A stretch of 62,662 nt of DNA, counting the filler, from Chiloscyllium plagiosum (lineage: Eukaryota): assembly GCF_004010195.1 (NCBI RefSeq). It is 3 parts of one record of this genome, joined end to end, with 100 filler letters (N's around TTAATTAATTAA, not from the genome) between each part and the next. Parts side by side here need not be neighbours in the genome. Positions count along the whole stretch, not along the records: positions 30,627 to 42,288 come from NC_057711.1; positions 42,389 to 62,662 come from NC_057711.1; 1 more part is not named here. One strand, given 5' to 3'. Within the stretch, counting starts at the first letter, position 1, and every line of letters starts with the position of its first letter. The position numbers were made by a program, and so were the translations under genes. Positions 38,140-50,670 of this stretch are shown piece by piece. A model generated the notes under the pieces. It ran no database searches, had not been told where the DNA came from, and was given only the letters and a program-made list of their open reading frames with translations.

Positions 38140-41100
38140 GTGACCTCTGGACTTGGGAAGATGGCAGTGATTCAGTAGGACTACTGTGGATGGCTCTGCC
38201 TAACATGTTGATGTTTTTTTTTTACCATGGAGGAATTATATGGAGCAATTGTTCATTTAAAAACTTGGAGAACACATATTCATTGACAATTTGGAGTGGG
38301 AAGGATGCCAAAAGGAAGAGGACCGAGCAAACAGCTGCAGGGAGCGGCTGGAGCAGGTGGAGGGTCAAACTGAGGCCTCGGAAGCGGTGATGGAGTCCTC
38401 ATCCAGGCGGATCCAGGTACTGGAGTGGGAAGTGCGGGCCTTGCAAGATCAGGTCGACGACCCCCTCGAAAACCGAGGCCGGAGGACACATCCTTGGGCT
38501 GTCGGACTCCCGGAGGGTGAAGAAGGTGGGCAGCCATTCAGCTTCTTTGAACGCTGGCTGCCGCAGTTCCTGGGCCCTACAATCGAGTCTGGCAGGTTGC
38601 ACATTGAAAGGGCCTATCGGGCCGCTGTGCGCAAGTCTGGGCCGGTACAGCACTCCCGCCCGGTCCTAGTGCACTTCCACACATACAGGGGCAAGCAAAG
38701 AGTGATGAAGCCTCCAGATCCCTGGGAAAAGATCCGCAGGCACTGCTGTACAAAGGGGTCAAAAATCATGTTTTTCCGAAAGCTCGTGTGCTTCCAATTA
38801 AACCTGTTGGACTATGACGTGGCGTTGTGTGATTTTTAACTTTGTACACCCCAGTCCAAATCATATCCTGACTTTGTCTTCTTTAGTTGACTGAAGGATT
38901 ATCTCCTTGTTTATTTACATTGTTTTTGCCTAAGGCTGGGGCACAGTCCAGGCCTGAAGGAGCTGTGCTGGAGGGGCTGGGTAGGGTGAGTTCATCTATG
39001 GACAGAGGGGGGAAAGAGTCTCCCATTCAAGGTTTTATAGTTGGTTTTCTTTGTAGCTTTTTGGTAACAATAGTCGCTTGTAGTTATGATAGAGTAGTTT
39101 TTGTATACATAATTCTGCAACTCTATGAGTCTCCACGTAACTTGTGCTCGGTGCATTACAAGCAGGATTCTCCCTCCAGCGGGTTCAGGGGTCTCTGGAA
39201 GAGGATATGGCTAAGTGTCTTGTTAAATGGTGCACCTGCAACATCATCTTGACACCAAGTACAGCTACGTAAGAATCCTACTCATTGACTACAGTTCAGA
39301 CTTCAACACTATTATCCCCTCAAGACTGATTACTAAACTTAGTGATCCCGGACTAAGCCCCACTCTCTGTAACTGGATCCTCAGCTTCCCGACCCACAGG
39401 CCACAATCAGTGAAGATTGGGAACAATATTTCATCCTCACTAACACTCAACATTAGAGCCCCCCCAGGAGTGTGTACACAGTCCCCTACTGTACTCACTG
39501 TATACCCATGACTGCATCGCCAAATACCAGACTAATGCCATTTACAAGTTCGCTGACAACATCACCATAGTCGATTGAATCTCAGATGGCAACGAAACAG
39601 ACTAAAGGTGGAAGACCTGGAAAAATGGTGCACTGAGAACAACCTAGCTCTCAATGCCAGCAAAACCAAGGAACTCATTATTGACTTTTGGCAGGATATT
39701 ACTCATGTTCCCCGACACATTAACAGCACAGAGGTGGAATGAGTGGAGAATGTCAAGCTCCTGGGAGTGGTCATCCACAACAGGATTTCTTGGACTCTCC
39801 ATGTGGATGCACAGGTTACAAAGGCCCAACAATGTCTCTTCTTCCTCAGGCAGCTGAGGGAATTTGGCATGACGGTGAATACCCTGGACAACTATTATAG
39901 GTGCACCATCGAGAGCATTCTGTCTGGATGTATCACTACCTGGTATGGCAACTGTGCCATTCAAGATCGGAGATGGTTACAGAGAGTGGTGAACCTGGCC
40001 CGGACAATCACAAAGGCCAACCTCCCATCTGTAAAATCCATCTACCAGGCTCGCTGTCAAGGAAAGGCCCCCAGCATTCTCAAAGATCCATCCCACCCTG
40101 GCAATGTTTTTCTACAACCTCTACCATCGGGGAGAAGGTAGAGAAGCCTGGTCACATACACCAGCCGGTTTCAAAACAGCTTCTACCCTACCGTTGTTGT
40201 TAGAATACTGAATGGACTCACAAACTCTTAACATTTGCCTGTATCTGTGTTTTTTGTTTTTGCTGCTGTTTACCTATTATTTACTATCTATGCTACTTAA
40301 CTCTGTGATCTGCCTGTATTGCTCACAAGACAAAGCTTTTCACTGTGCCTCGGTACACGTGACAATAAATTCAATTCAATTCAATTCAAAGGAAGTCATT
40401 CGCCTGTTAAAAGGAAAAAAGGTGCTTTCGAGCCTTAAGAGGGAAAGGGTTGATATCACTTTGTTGCAGGAAACCCATCTTGATGATGGGGAACACCTGA
40501 AATTACAACAGGGGGGTTATGACTGGGTATTCTTTTCATCCTTTACGGCTAAAAGTAGGGGAGAGGCGGTACTTATCCAGAAAAATCTGCCGTTCACATT
40601 ATTAGAGCAGGTGAAAGATGAGCAGGGATGGTTTGTGATACTTAAAGCCCTGATACATTGGGAGGAATATGGCATTTTAAATGTCTACTGTCCTCCGGTG
40701 CATCCCCTCAAATTTTTGATTAGTGCCTTTTCTAAGTTGAGTGCTTTTGGAACACGGCACATTATTATAGGGAGGGCGAATTTTAATTGTCTTTTGGATC
40801 CGACTGGACAGGATGCCTTGTGGGCCCTCACTATCCCTTCGCAGGCCAAGCAGGTGGCTGACTGATGTGAGGAGTTGGGGCTGGTGGATATTTGGAGATG
40901 TCTTCACCCTACCGGCAGGGACTTCACCTTTTTTTCAAACCCACATAAATGTCACACAAGGATTGATCTCTTTCTGGCTCCCTCGGCCCTTCTGGATTCG
41001 ATTATGGGTTGTAAAATTGGGAATATAGCTATCTCTGATCATGCGGCAGTATATTTGGAGGTTAAGGCTGGGTGTGCGGCACTGTTTTCTCCTCAAGGAT

Positions 41101-42288
41101 TCCAAATTTGTGGAATGCTTTTTGAAGGAGTTTCAGGAATTCTTGATTGTCAATACAGGCACGGCTAGTAGTCCATCCATGCTATGGGAGACTGCTAAGG
41201 CCTTTGCTAGGGGATTAGCTAATTCCTATTCGGCTAGCCGGAAACGACAGAAGGAGGAACAGCAGCGTCTACTTGAGACACGGTTGAAAGCTGCTGAGGC
41301 GGCACGTTTTGCGCAGCCCTCGGTGACCAAGCTACAGCGGATCACGGCCCTCCGGGCTGCCTTGAATTCAATACTGACACAAAACGCAAAGAAAGAACTT
41401 GCTTTTGTTAGACAAAGGCTGTTCGAATATGGGGATAGGCCAGGGAAGTATTTCACGTACCTGACTAGGAAAAAGCGTGCTCCCTAATCCAATACTGCAA
41501 TCAGAGATAGCGCCGGGGTCCTTACATACGATACTAAAAAGATTAATGAGGCTTTTCAGAGCTTTTACTCTGAATTGTATCGGTCTGAGGGGGACAGGAG
41601 GGCTAAAGTGGAGACCTTTTTTAAGAACCTGGACCTCCCAGGGGTAACCTTGGAACAGGCCTCACTCCTTAATGCCCCGTTGACAGTTCAGGAAATACAG
41701 GAGGCAGCTAGGCAACTTCAGAGTGGGAAAGCGCCTGGCCCTGATGGTCTTCCGGGTGAGTTTTATAAGGAGTTTATAGGGATTCTGTCAGGGTCAATGT
41801 TGGATGTACAATCACTCCTATATGCATGAATACCTACCACCATCTTTGAGAGAAGCTAATTTTTCCCTAATTCTTAAGAAGGGGAAGGTTCCTGAGGATT
41901 GTGCCTCATACAGGCCCATCTCTCTATTAAATTCAGATTTCAAGATTCTGTCTAAGATTCTGGCTCTGAGACTGGAAAGGGTGTTGCCCCATATTATTAA
42001 AGAGGACCAGACAGGCTTTATAAGGTCTTCTAATAATATTAGAAGGTTGCTGAATGTGGTCCAAGTTTGTCAGCAACAATCGATTCAGGGGTTGGTGATT
42101 TCCTTAGATGCAGAGAAAGCATTTGACCGGGTGGAATGGCCGTATCTTTTTTATGTCTTAGAACAGTTTGGGTTGGGTGGAGTCTTTGCTCGGTGGGTGG
42201 AGGTTTTATATCGCCACCCTCTGGCCGCGGTCATCACCAACGGGGTGAAGTCGGGAATTTTAGGATTGGTAGGGGTAGTCGGCAAGGC
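38140..42288 (+). mobile_element. L1-clade LINE (ORF1 ~38290-38775; ORF2 from ~39207), interrupted by a Rex1 LINE and cut by a gap
   Basis: ORF1 'LENRGRR...GLPEGEEG...IERAYR...RPVLVHF'. ORF2 endonuclease 'DITLLQETHL', 'RIDLFL', 'ISDHAAV' and RT 'KAPGPDGLPGEFY', 'YRPISLLNSDFKIL', 'SLDAEKAFDRVEW'. Confidence 0.92.
39240..40388 (+). mobile_element. Rex1/Babar-like LINE (5'-truncated RT plus (CAATT)n tail) nested in L1 ORF2
   Basis: '[18 protein letters not shown]', 'YRCTIESILSGCITTWYGN', and the tail 'aattcaattcaattcaattcaa'. Confidence 0.85.
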
Positions 42289-42388
42289 NNNNNNNNNNNN
42301 NNNNNNNNNNNNNNNNNNNNNNNNNNNNNNNNTTAATTAATTAANNNNNNNNNNNNNNNNNNNNNNNNNNNNNNNNNNNNNNNNNNNN
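42289..42388. other. Artificial 100-bp spacer: N44-TTAATTAATTAA-N44
   Basis: Identical design to 30527-30626. Confidence 0.97.
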
Positions 42389-43815
42389 GGAGGCGGAGGA
42401 ATTGGGAGTACGGGATGGCATTTTTGCAAGAGGTAGGGTGGGAAGAGGTGTAATCCAGGTAGCTGTGGGAGTCGGTGGGTTTGTAGAAGGTGTCAGTGTC
42501 AAGTCGGTCGTCACTGATGGAGTTGGAGAGGTCCAGGAAGGGGAGGGAGGTGTCAGAGATGGTCCAGTTAAATTTAAGGTCAGGGTGGAATGTGTTGGTG
42601 AAGTTGATGAATTGCTCAACCACCCCGCGGGAGCACGAAGTGGCGCCAATGCAGTCATCAATGTAGCGGAGGAAGAGGTGGGGAGTGGTGCTGGTGTAAT
42701 TACGCAAGATCGACTGTTCTACATAGCCAACAAAGAAACAGGCATAGCTGGGGCCCATACGTGTGCCCATGGCTACCCCTTTGGTCTGGAGGAAGTGGGA
42801 GGATTCGAAGGAGAAATTGTTAAGGGTGAGGACCAGTTTGGCCAAAGGAATGAGTGTGTCGGTGGAAGGGGGTACTGTTGGGGACGTCGGGAGAGGAAAG
42901 AATGGAAGGCTTGGAGGCCTTGGTCATGGCGGATGGAGGTGTAGAGGGATTGGATATCCATGGTGAAGATGAGGCGTTGGGAACCGGGGAAACAGAAGTC
43001 TTGGAGGAGGTGGAGGGCTTGGGTGGTGTCTCGAACGTATGTAGGGAGTTCCTGGACTAGGGGGGATAGGACAGTGTCGAGGTAGGTAGAGATGAGTTCA
43101 GTGGGGCAGGAGCATGCTGAGACAATGGGTCGGCCAAGGTCGTCGGGCTTGTGGATCTTGGGAAGGAGGTAGAACCGGACAGTGCGGGGTTCCCAGACTG
43201 AGGTTGGAAGCTGTGGGTGGGAGATCTCCTGAGGTGATGAGGTTCTGTATGGTCTGGGAGATGATGGTTTGGTGATGGGGAGTGGGGTCATGGTCGAGGG
43301 AGCGGTAGGAAGAGGTGTCCTCGAGTTGGCGTTTGGCTTCAGCGGTGTAGAGGTCTGTGCGCCAGACTACAATTGCGCCCCCTTTATCTGCTGGCTTGAT
43401 GGTGAGGTTGGGATTGGAGCAGAGGGATTGGAGGGCTGCACGTTGAGGGTGAGAGGTTGGAGTGGGGCAGGGGGGTAGACAGCGTTGTGAGGGTGAGAGG
43501 TTGGAGTGGGGGAGGGGGGNNNNNNNNNNNNNNNNNNNNNNNNNAGCAATTCAGGCAGAACGTCGATTTCGAAGCTCCTCGGATGCTGCCTGAATTGCTG
43601 TGCTCTTCCAGCACCACTGATCCAGAATCTGGTTTCCAGCATCTGCAGTCATTGTTTTTACCTCAAGGCGGTTAATGTCCCGGCGGAAGTTGGAAATGAA
43701 GAGGTCGAGGGCAAGTAATAGGCCAGCGCAGGGTGTCCAGGTGGATGCAGTGTGTTGGAGGTGGGCGGGAGTCCTGATTGTGAAAGTAAGCTCGGAGGCA
43801 GAGGCGTGTCAAACC
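42389..43815 (-). mobile_element. PLE (Neptune-like) reverse transcriptase fragment, frameshifted, with a nested PLE tail at ~43545-43665 and a 25-N gap at 43520-43544
   Basis: 'FYLLPKIHK...GRPIVS', 'FTMDIQSLYTSI', 'GVAMGTRMGPSYA', 'FLRYIDD', 'LPFLD', 'FYKPTDS' are typical PLE RT motifs. Confidence 0.92.
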
Positions 43816-45784
43816 ACAGTAAAGTGATTCAGTAGAGACAGAGCAAGGAGGTAAGCTCAAATCCACCACAGCCAGAGTGGAAATGAAACCTTGTGCTATT
43901 GGTATGAACCAGATTCATATGCTAACCACCTAGCCAACTGAGATGTTACACCCCCCACCTCTCTCTATCTCGTCTTACCTGCATACAAAGTACTTGAAGT
44001 GGTTCGCAAAGTGTACTGACTTGATGGATGCAGTAGCGACTGCTGTGTTTGGATGAGTCAATGGTGAAGTTCTGACCTTCAATCCACCTCTTTCAAACTG
44101 TTCTTTATGTTGCATTGATTCCTGCCCATTTCAGGAAATATGCTCACAGCAAGCTGCAGTGTGGGAAGGATAATTGCTTTGGTTAAGAATATAGCTTGTT
44201 TTATTCTTGATCTTGTGCTGAAGACCAATCCATCTGTGGCAGTTTGGCATGATTGTTGAGCCAAAAAAGAGAGGCATGAATTATCAAGGGTTCTTGATCC
44301 TCCTGTTCAGTGGTTGTAGGACAAGTGCATTTCAGTGCACATTAGCTAAGGGACTCAGCTGTTGTGCTCAGCTCACTTAGGTGGGGTATGAAAGAGCTGT
44401 CAATCCCTGAGAGTGGACACGATTGTGAGCCATTCTCCTGTAGAGGAAGGTAAGGACAGAGTGAGAGAAATGCTCTCAAATATGTCAAGTTCTTTTTACT
44501 GTACTTAACTGTTATTTATTCTTTGAATGTGGAAGTCGCTGACTTCAGCACTTATTATCTATAGATAATTTCCCTCAATGTGATGGTGAGCTGTTGTCTG
44601 CATGAATTGCTAGGTTACTTCAACTGACTGCATTGCTATGGTTTGGAATCACTTATGAACTAAATTAAGTAAGGACGTTTTTCTTTTATTAAAATATCAA
44701 TGAACAAGATGGGTTTTTACAGAAATCTGTTTTTTTTTTAATGTTGCCAATATATTTAGTTATTGAATTTAAATTTCCTCAATTGTTGGATCATTGGTCT
44801 TGGCCACTGGATTACTAATCCTGTAGTAATCACCACTGTTCTGCTGTACTCCTTGCCCCACTGAAGTGTCTTCTCTCTAAATGTAAAAGCCATGTAGGGG
44901 TGTACCTGAGAGATGGAAGTTGACAGTGGTAGTCTGTAAAATTGTGTTGTTTTATGACACTCCTGATGTGAGCCAAAATTATTGCAGTTGTTCAGTGTAA
45001 ACCTGTTGCTGTGAACGCATTGACAGACAAAAATAGAATGATCACTGCTTGCAAGTATTCAGAGCTGCTTCATTCCTTCTACTTTGGATTCTCATTTGAC
45101 TTTCATTTCTCCACTTCGCCTGCATTATGTCTTTAAGAGAAAAGCTCCAAAGAACCAAAACAGTTAAACCACTCTTGAACTTGCTCCTTGAGGCTGCTTT
45201 CATGGTCTTTGAAGGACTCAATAAACTCTTGAACTTAGCAGGGAAACTGGCCAGTGCTTTGTGATTCTAACATTGAATTATGATTTGTGAACCGTTAACA
45301 GTTTCAAGTATTATATTTGATCAGTTAATTTAGTGATGAAAAGCTTGGGTGCTTTGTAAAATATACAACTGTTTAAAAGTTGCCACTGTTGTACTTATGT
45401 AATGGAGTAAATTCTGGGACCTTTTAAAAAACCAAGTTCCATCGAGTTCACCTTCTGTCAGCCGAGTACAATGGTAATTGACTGACAGCAATCAGTATGT
45501 ATCAATGAAAAAAACAATCAACTTTGGATAATTTTTGAGTATGTTCATCTGCCTGCACGGTACACTTAAGTAAATTTTCTCTCTCATTACTCACACTGTT
45601 TCTTAATGCTTATACTTTCACACTTATCAAATATCCAACCTGTTAAAATATTTTCATTGTATTTGTCCTTATTGAAAAACTGTTGAGCACAAAGAGTCCA
45701 CACAGTTCTGAGTCACCCATATGAGTGTGTGCAACTTGCTCCCTTGAATCAGGTTTCCAATTATGTTTTCTGTCTGTATTTCAG

Positions 45785-45860
45785 ATTACCTGGAAAAATA
45801 TCAGGAGATGATTGATCGAGAAGAGCTGTTTCAAGGTTACTCTGATGAAGATGGAGAAGC
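45785..45860 (+). CDS. PAIP1: PAIP1 penultimate coding exon: (D)YLEKYQEMIDREELFQGYSDEDGE(A)
   Basis: Acceptor 'ttttctgtctgtatttcag', donor 'gtaagt'; 76 bp, phase 1 to phase 2. Aligns to human PAIP1 'DYQEKYQELLEREDFF..' as I recall it, and splices in frame to 53759. Confidence 0.88.
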
Positions 45861-46844
45861 GTAAGTTTGATTTTTTTTTTTGTTTCTCAGTCACCTCACT
45901 ATTCTCTTTGCTATTCTGAGCTTTCAGCTGAGATTGATAGATTTTTCTGAGGTAAAGATATAAATGAATATGGTCTAAAAGTGGGAATATTGAGTTGAGA
46001 ATCTGGATCAAATGAGTGTAAAACTGTCTTGAGGGCTTTAATATGTTTGAAAATACTTGTCACGTTGCTTCACCAGTGCGGTAGCCCAGCACATCAGTGT
46101 AAAAGATGAAACTAAATATATCTACCCATCTTCATCAGAAGTGCAGAGTGAATTATTCCCCGAATCACGGATTCCAATCTTCAGCAAATTTAATTCACTC
46201 TAGCTGATATCAAATAGCTGAAGGTACTGGATGCTGCCAAAGCTCTGGGCCCTGGCAACATTCCAGCAACAGTACTGAAAGCTTGTGCTCCAGCCCTACG
46301 ACAGCTACTACATTGGTATTGATCTGAGAGTGTGGAAAATTGGCTGTTTACAAAAGGCAACAAAAATGCAATCTGGCAAATTACAACCTCATCAGCCCAT
46401 TCTCGATCATCAGTCAGATGATGGAATATTCTGTTGACATGGCTATCAAGCAGCATTTACCCAGCAATAACTGCTCACTGATACCCACGCAGACACTGGG
46501 AGAATGAACAAACTCCACACAGACAGTCGCCCCACGTGACCTGTCTTCTAGTCTCGTTGCTTGTCTCCTTTGGACTCCTCTTCAGTGTTCCTTTGCTGTC
46601 CTGCATGATCTTTTCAAACTCTTGCAACAGGCTGTTAATCCTGTGCAGATTTTGATTTAACTAATATTTCAAAACAGTTGAATCTACTATGCTTGGAACT
46701 GTCTGTGCATTTGAATGTAACAGTATATACCTAGTGCTAGTTCCTGCAGCACAAATTAAAACAATGATAAAGGAATGTATCACAGTAGTGTCCTTGGCCC
46801 AAAGAGCTTCAGTTGCTTTAGCAGTGACTTTCCCTCTATCATAA

Positions 46845-47900
46845 GTTTGGATGGCAGATGAGTTTCAGTGCAAAGAATTTCTCTGGCAGAAAGCAGAGAG
46901 TGGGGATAGAAGCAGGATGGCAGCAGGTGACAAATGGTGTTCTGCAAGGCTCAGTGTAAGGATCACAATGTTTCAATTTATACATGAACAATACAGATGC
47001 AGGAACTGAGGGCATTCTGGCTAAGTTTGCAGATGATACAAAGATAGGTAGAGGAACAGGTAGCATTGAGGAGGCCTAGAGGCTGCAGAAGGATTTGGAC
47101 AGGTTAGGAAAGTGGGCAAAAAAGTGCCAGATGAGTACAATATGGCAAAGTGTGAGGTGGTTACAATAGAGGCATGGACCATCTTCTAAATGGGTACAAA
47201 ATTCAGAAGTCTGAAGCGCAAAGAGACTTGGGCATTCTAGTCCAGGATTCTCTCAAGGCAAACTTGCAGGTTGAGTCAGTAGTTAGGAAGGCAAATGCAA
47301 TTAAGGCATTTATTTTGAGAGGATTTGAATATTAAAGCAGGGATATACTTATGAGCTCTATAAGTCTCTGGTCATTCCACATTTGGACTGCTCTGCACAG
47401 TTTTGGGCCACATATCTGAAGTAGGATGTACTGGCCCTGGAGCATGTTCAGAGGAGGTTGACGAGAATGGTCCCACAACTGAAAAGCTTAACATATGAGG
47501 AAGAGTTTAGGACTCTGGGTTTATACTCGATGGTGTTTCGAAGGATGGGGGGATCTGATTGAAACATACAGAGTACTGAGTGGCCTGGACAGAGTGGGTG
47601 TTGGGAGGATGTTCCATTGGTAGGAGAGACTAGGACCCGAGGGCACAGTCTTAGAGGAAAGAGAAGACCTTTAACAATGGAAATGATAAACTTCTTTAGC
47701 CAGAGAGTGATGAATCTATAAAATTTATTGCCACAGAAGGCTGTGGAGGCCAGGCCATTGAATATATTTAAGACACGTTCTTGATTATCAAGGGTTATGG
47801 GGAGAATGAGGTTGAGAAATTTATCAGCCATGATTGAATGGCGGAGCAGACTTGATTGGCTGAATGGCTTAATTTCTGCTCCTATGTCTTATGATCTTAT
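46845..47900 (+). mobile_element. Decayed CR1 RT-3' fragment in the PAIP1 intron; further old CR1 pieces extend to ~49200
   Basis: 'ggctaagtttgcagatgatacaaag' (AKFADDTK) and a CR1 3'UTR. Confidence 0.85.
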
Positions 47901-49836
47901 AGCTAAATGTAAAGTAATGGTAGTAGAAACATTTGAGAGTCAGACAGTAGAGGTGAAGAAGGACCTTAGGCATCATGTACACGAATGTCTTAGTGGCCAG
48001 GAAAGTGGAAACAGTTGTTTGGAATTCTTGGTTTATAAATAGAGGCATAGCATATGTCAAACAAGGAAGTGTACTACACCTCTACTAATCATTGGTCCGA
48101 CCACATTCGGAGCATTGCGTTCAGTTCTGGGCACCTTGTTGAAGGAACGATGTTACAGTTCTGGAAATAATGCTAAACCCTCATTCTAGTAAATTAAATT
48201 TACCAGAATGAGGTGTTTTAGGTACAAAGAAAGATTAGAGAAATTGAGCTGCTTATTCTTGGAGTAGAGAAGATTAAGAGTTGACCTTATTGAGGTGTTC
48301 AAAATTATGAACACTTTTGACAGGGTAAAGTAGATATTCTATTTCCACTAGTTGATATGTTAATAACTAGGGGCTGCTATTTCAAGTTTGTCAGCAAGAG
48401 AGCTCGGAGTGTGATGAGAACCTTTTTACTCAGTTGTTAGGGTTTGGAATGTATTGCATGGAGAATGTTGGAAGCAGATTCTGTTGAAGGTTTCAACAGA
48501 AAGCTGGTATTTATTTCAAAGTGATCAATTTAGAGGACCCAAGAGATGGGACTGGAGAATGGGACTAGCTGGGTAGGACTTTTGGGAGCTGTTATGGACA
48601 CGATGGTTTGAATGGCCTTCTGTTGGACTGTCAAGTTCTGTTATTTTGTTTTTGCTGATGATTGAGTAATACTGAAGCAGTATTGAAGCAGTCCATGTCA
48701 GTATGCAGCAACACCTCAATGTACCCAGTCTTGAACTGGTAAGCTAGAGATTTACCAGGATGTTGTCTGGGCTAGGGAGTTTATGAAGAGAGATTGGACA
48801 GACTGGTTGTTTTCCTTGGAGCAGATCAGACAGAGAGGATCAAAATTCAGATGTATGAAATTGAGAGGGGAATTGATCGGGTGGACAGGAAGAAAACTTC
48901 TCCTTGACAGATGGATCAATGGCTAGGGAGTATAGATTTAAGATGAGGGGGCAACAGATGGGAAAAATATTTTTCACCCAGGGGATAGTGGGAATCTGGA
49001 ACACTATCCATAAGAGTGGGAGAGGCAGACACCCGATCACATTTAAGTAATAGGGTGTACACTTGTTATGCCAAGGCATACAAGACTGAGCCGAGTGTTG
49101 GAAAACGTGATTTGAATAGTTCGAGGTGGTTGTTTTTGACCAGAGAAGACTCTGAGCCGAAACTCCTTTCAGTGCGCTGTGGGCCTCTATGACTCAGTGA
49201 TAAGTGACATTCTGATCTTACGAATCATCTCAATAAAAGAAATTCCCCTTGACATTGTGGTGTTACTATTACTGAATTCCCCCACTGCCCACATTTTTGA
49301 TGTTACCTTTGACTAGAAATTGAACTGACCTGCCAAATAAGACTGCAAGTATAGGTCAGGATTGGGATGGAATACTGCCTACTTGAATGAATGAGTGCAG
49401 TGCCAGCAACACTCCGGAAGCTCAGCACCATCCAGGACAAAATAGCTCATGTAGTTGATACTCTATCCATCACCTTCAACATTGACGTGCTCTACTAGTA
49501 ACACAAGTACCATCTCTGAGATATACTGCAACAATTAACCCAGATACCATCCAAATCCACAACCACAATGTTTAAAAGGTCAAAGGCAGCAGATACATGG
49601 GGTCACCACCTCTCATGTTCCTCACCAAGCCACTCACCATCCTGACTTGGAAATATATTCCTTTCGTGTTGCTGGGTGAGAATTCTGGAATTCCCTTCCT
49701 CAGGGCATTGTGGGTCTACCTACAGTACATGGACTGCAATGGTTTGAGAAGGCAGCTCCCCACCAACTTCTGAAGGCAAATTAGGGATGGGCAACAAATG
49801 CTAAATCAATCAATGATGCCTACATTCCTGTGGGAG

Positions 49837-50055
49837 CTGAAAATGTGTTGCTGGGAAAGCGCAGCAGGTCAGGCAGCATCCAAGGAACAGGAGAATCGAC
49901 GTTTTGGGCACAAGCCCTTCTTCATTCCTGAAGAAGGGCTTGTGCCCGAAACGTCGATTCTCCTGTTCCTTGGATGCTGCCTGACCTGCTGCGCTTTCCC
50001 AGCAACACATTTTCAGCTCTGATCTCCAGCATCTGCAGCCCTCACTTTCTCCTCG
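49837..50055. mobile_element. Palindromic PLE-tail element, 16-bp TSD TACATTCCTGTGGGAG
   Basis: Near-perfect inverted arms; exact direct repeats at 49821-49836 and 50056-50071. Confidence 0.92.
49922..49962 (+). ncRNA. Minimal type-I hammerhead ribozyme motif (representative copy)
   Basis: CUGAAGA(A)-[GGGC uugu GCCC]-GAAAC-GUC, with the very short palindromic helix III (ACGU) known from PLE hammerheads. Helix I pairing is weak and activity is untested. Confidence 0.6.
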
Positions 50056-50450
50056 TACATTCCTGTGGGAGTTCAATTCAGAATTTGGAATAAACTATGA
50101 TTACCTGACTTTCAAATTCTTTCATTTCGAGGGAGTTCAAGTTGCAAGGTTGACAGGTTGCTCTTGACTTGCTGATATGAATAGATCAGGTGATGTATCT
50201 AATTTAATTTTATAATAGTTCATGTTGTGGATGGAGGAATCAGAATTCCTACAGTGTAGATCGAGGCCATTTGGCACCAATTCTCTGAAGAGCATCCCAC
50301 CCAGTCTTCACCCCCCTACTTTCTCTCAGTTACCCTGCATTTTCCATGATCCACCAAGCCTGTGCATCCATGGACACTATGGGACAATTTAGAATCGCCA
50401 ATTTACCTAACCTGCATGTCTTGGGCTCAGCTTGATATGAAAGAGAGATA

Positions 50451-50670
50451 GGAGAAAGTGAGGACTGCAGATGCTGGAGATCAAAGCTTAAAGATGTGTT
50501 GCTGGAAAAGTGCAGCAGGTCAGGCAGCATCCAAGGAGAAGGAGAATCGACGTTTCAGGCATAAGCCCTTCTTCAGGTCCTGAAGAAGGGCTTGTGCCCG
50601 AAACGTCGATTCTCCTTCTCCTTGGATGCTGCCTGACCTGCTGCGCTTTTCCAGCAACACATTTTTAAGC
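50451..50670. mobile_element. Palindromic PLE-tail element, 15-bp TSD TATGAAAGAGAGATA
   Basis: Inverted arms pivoting at 'cttcttcagg|tcctgaagaag'; exact direct repeats at 50436-50450 and 50671-50685. Confidence 0.92.
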
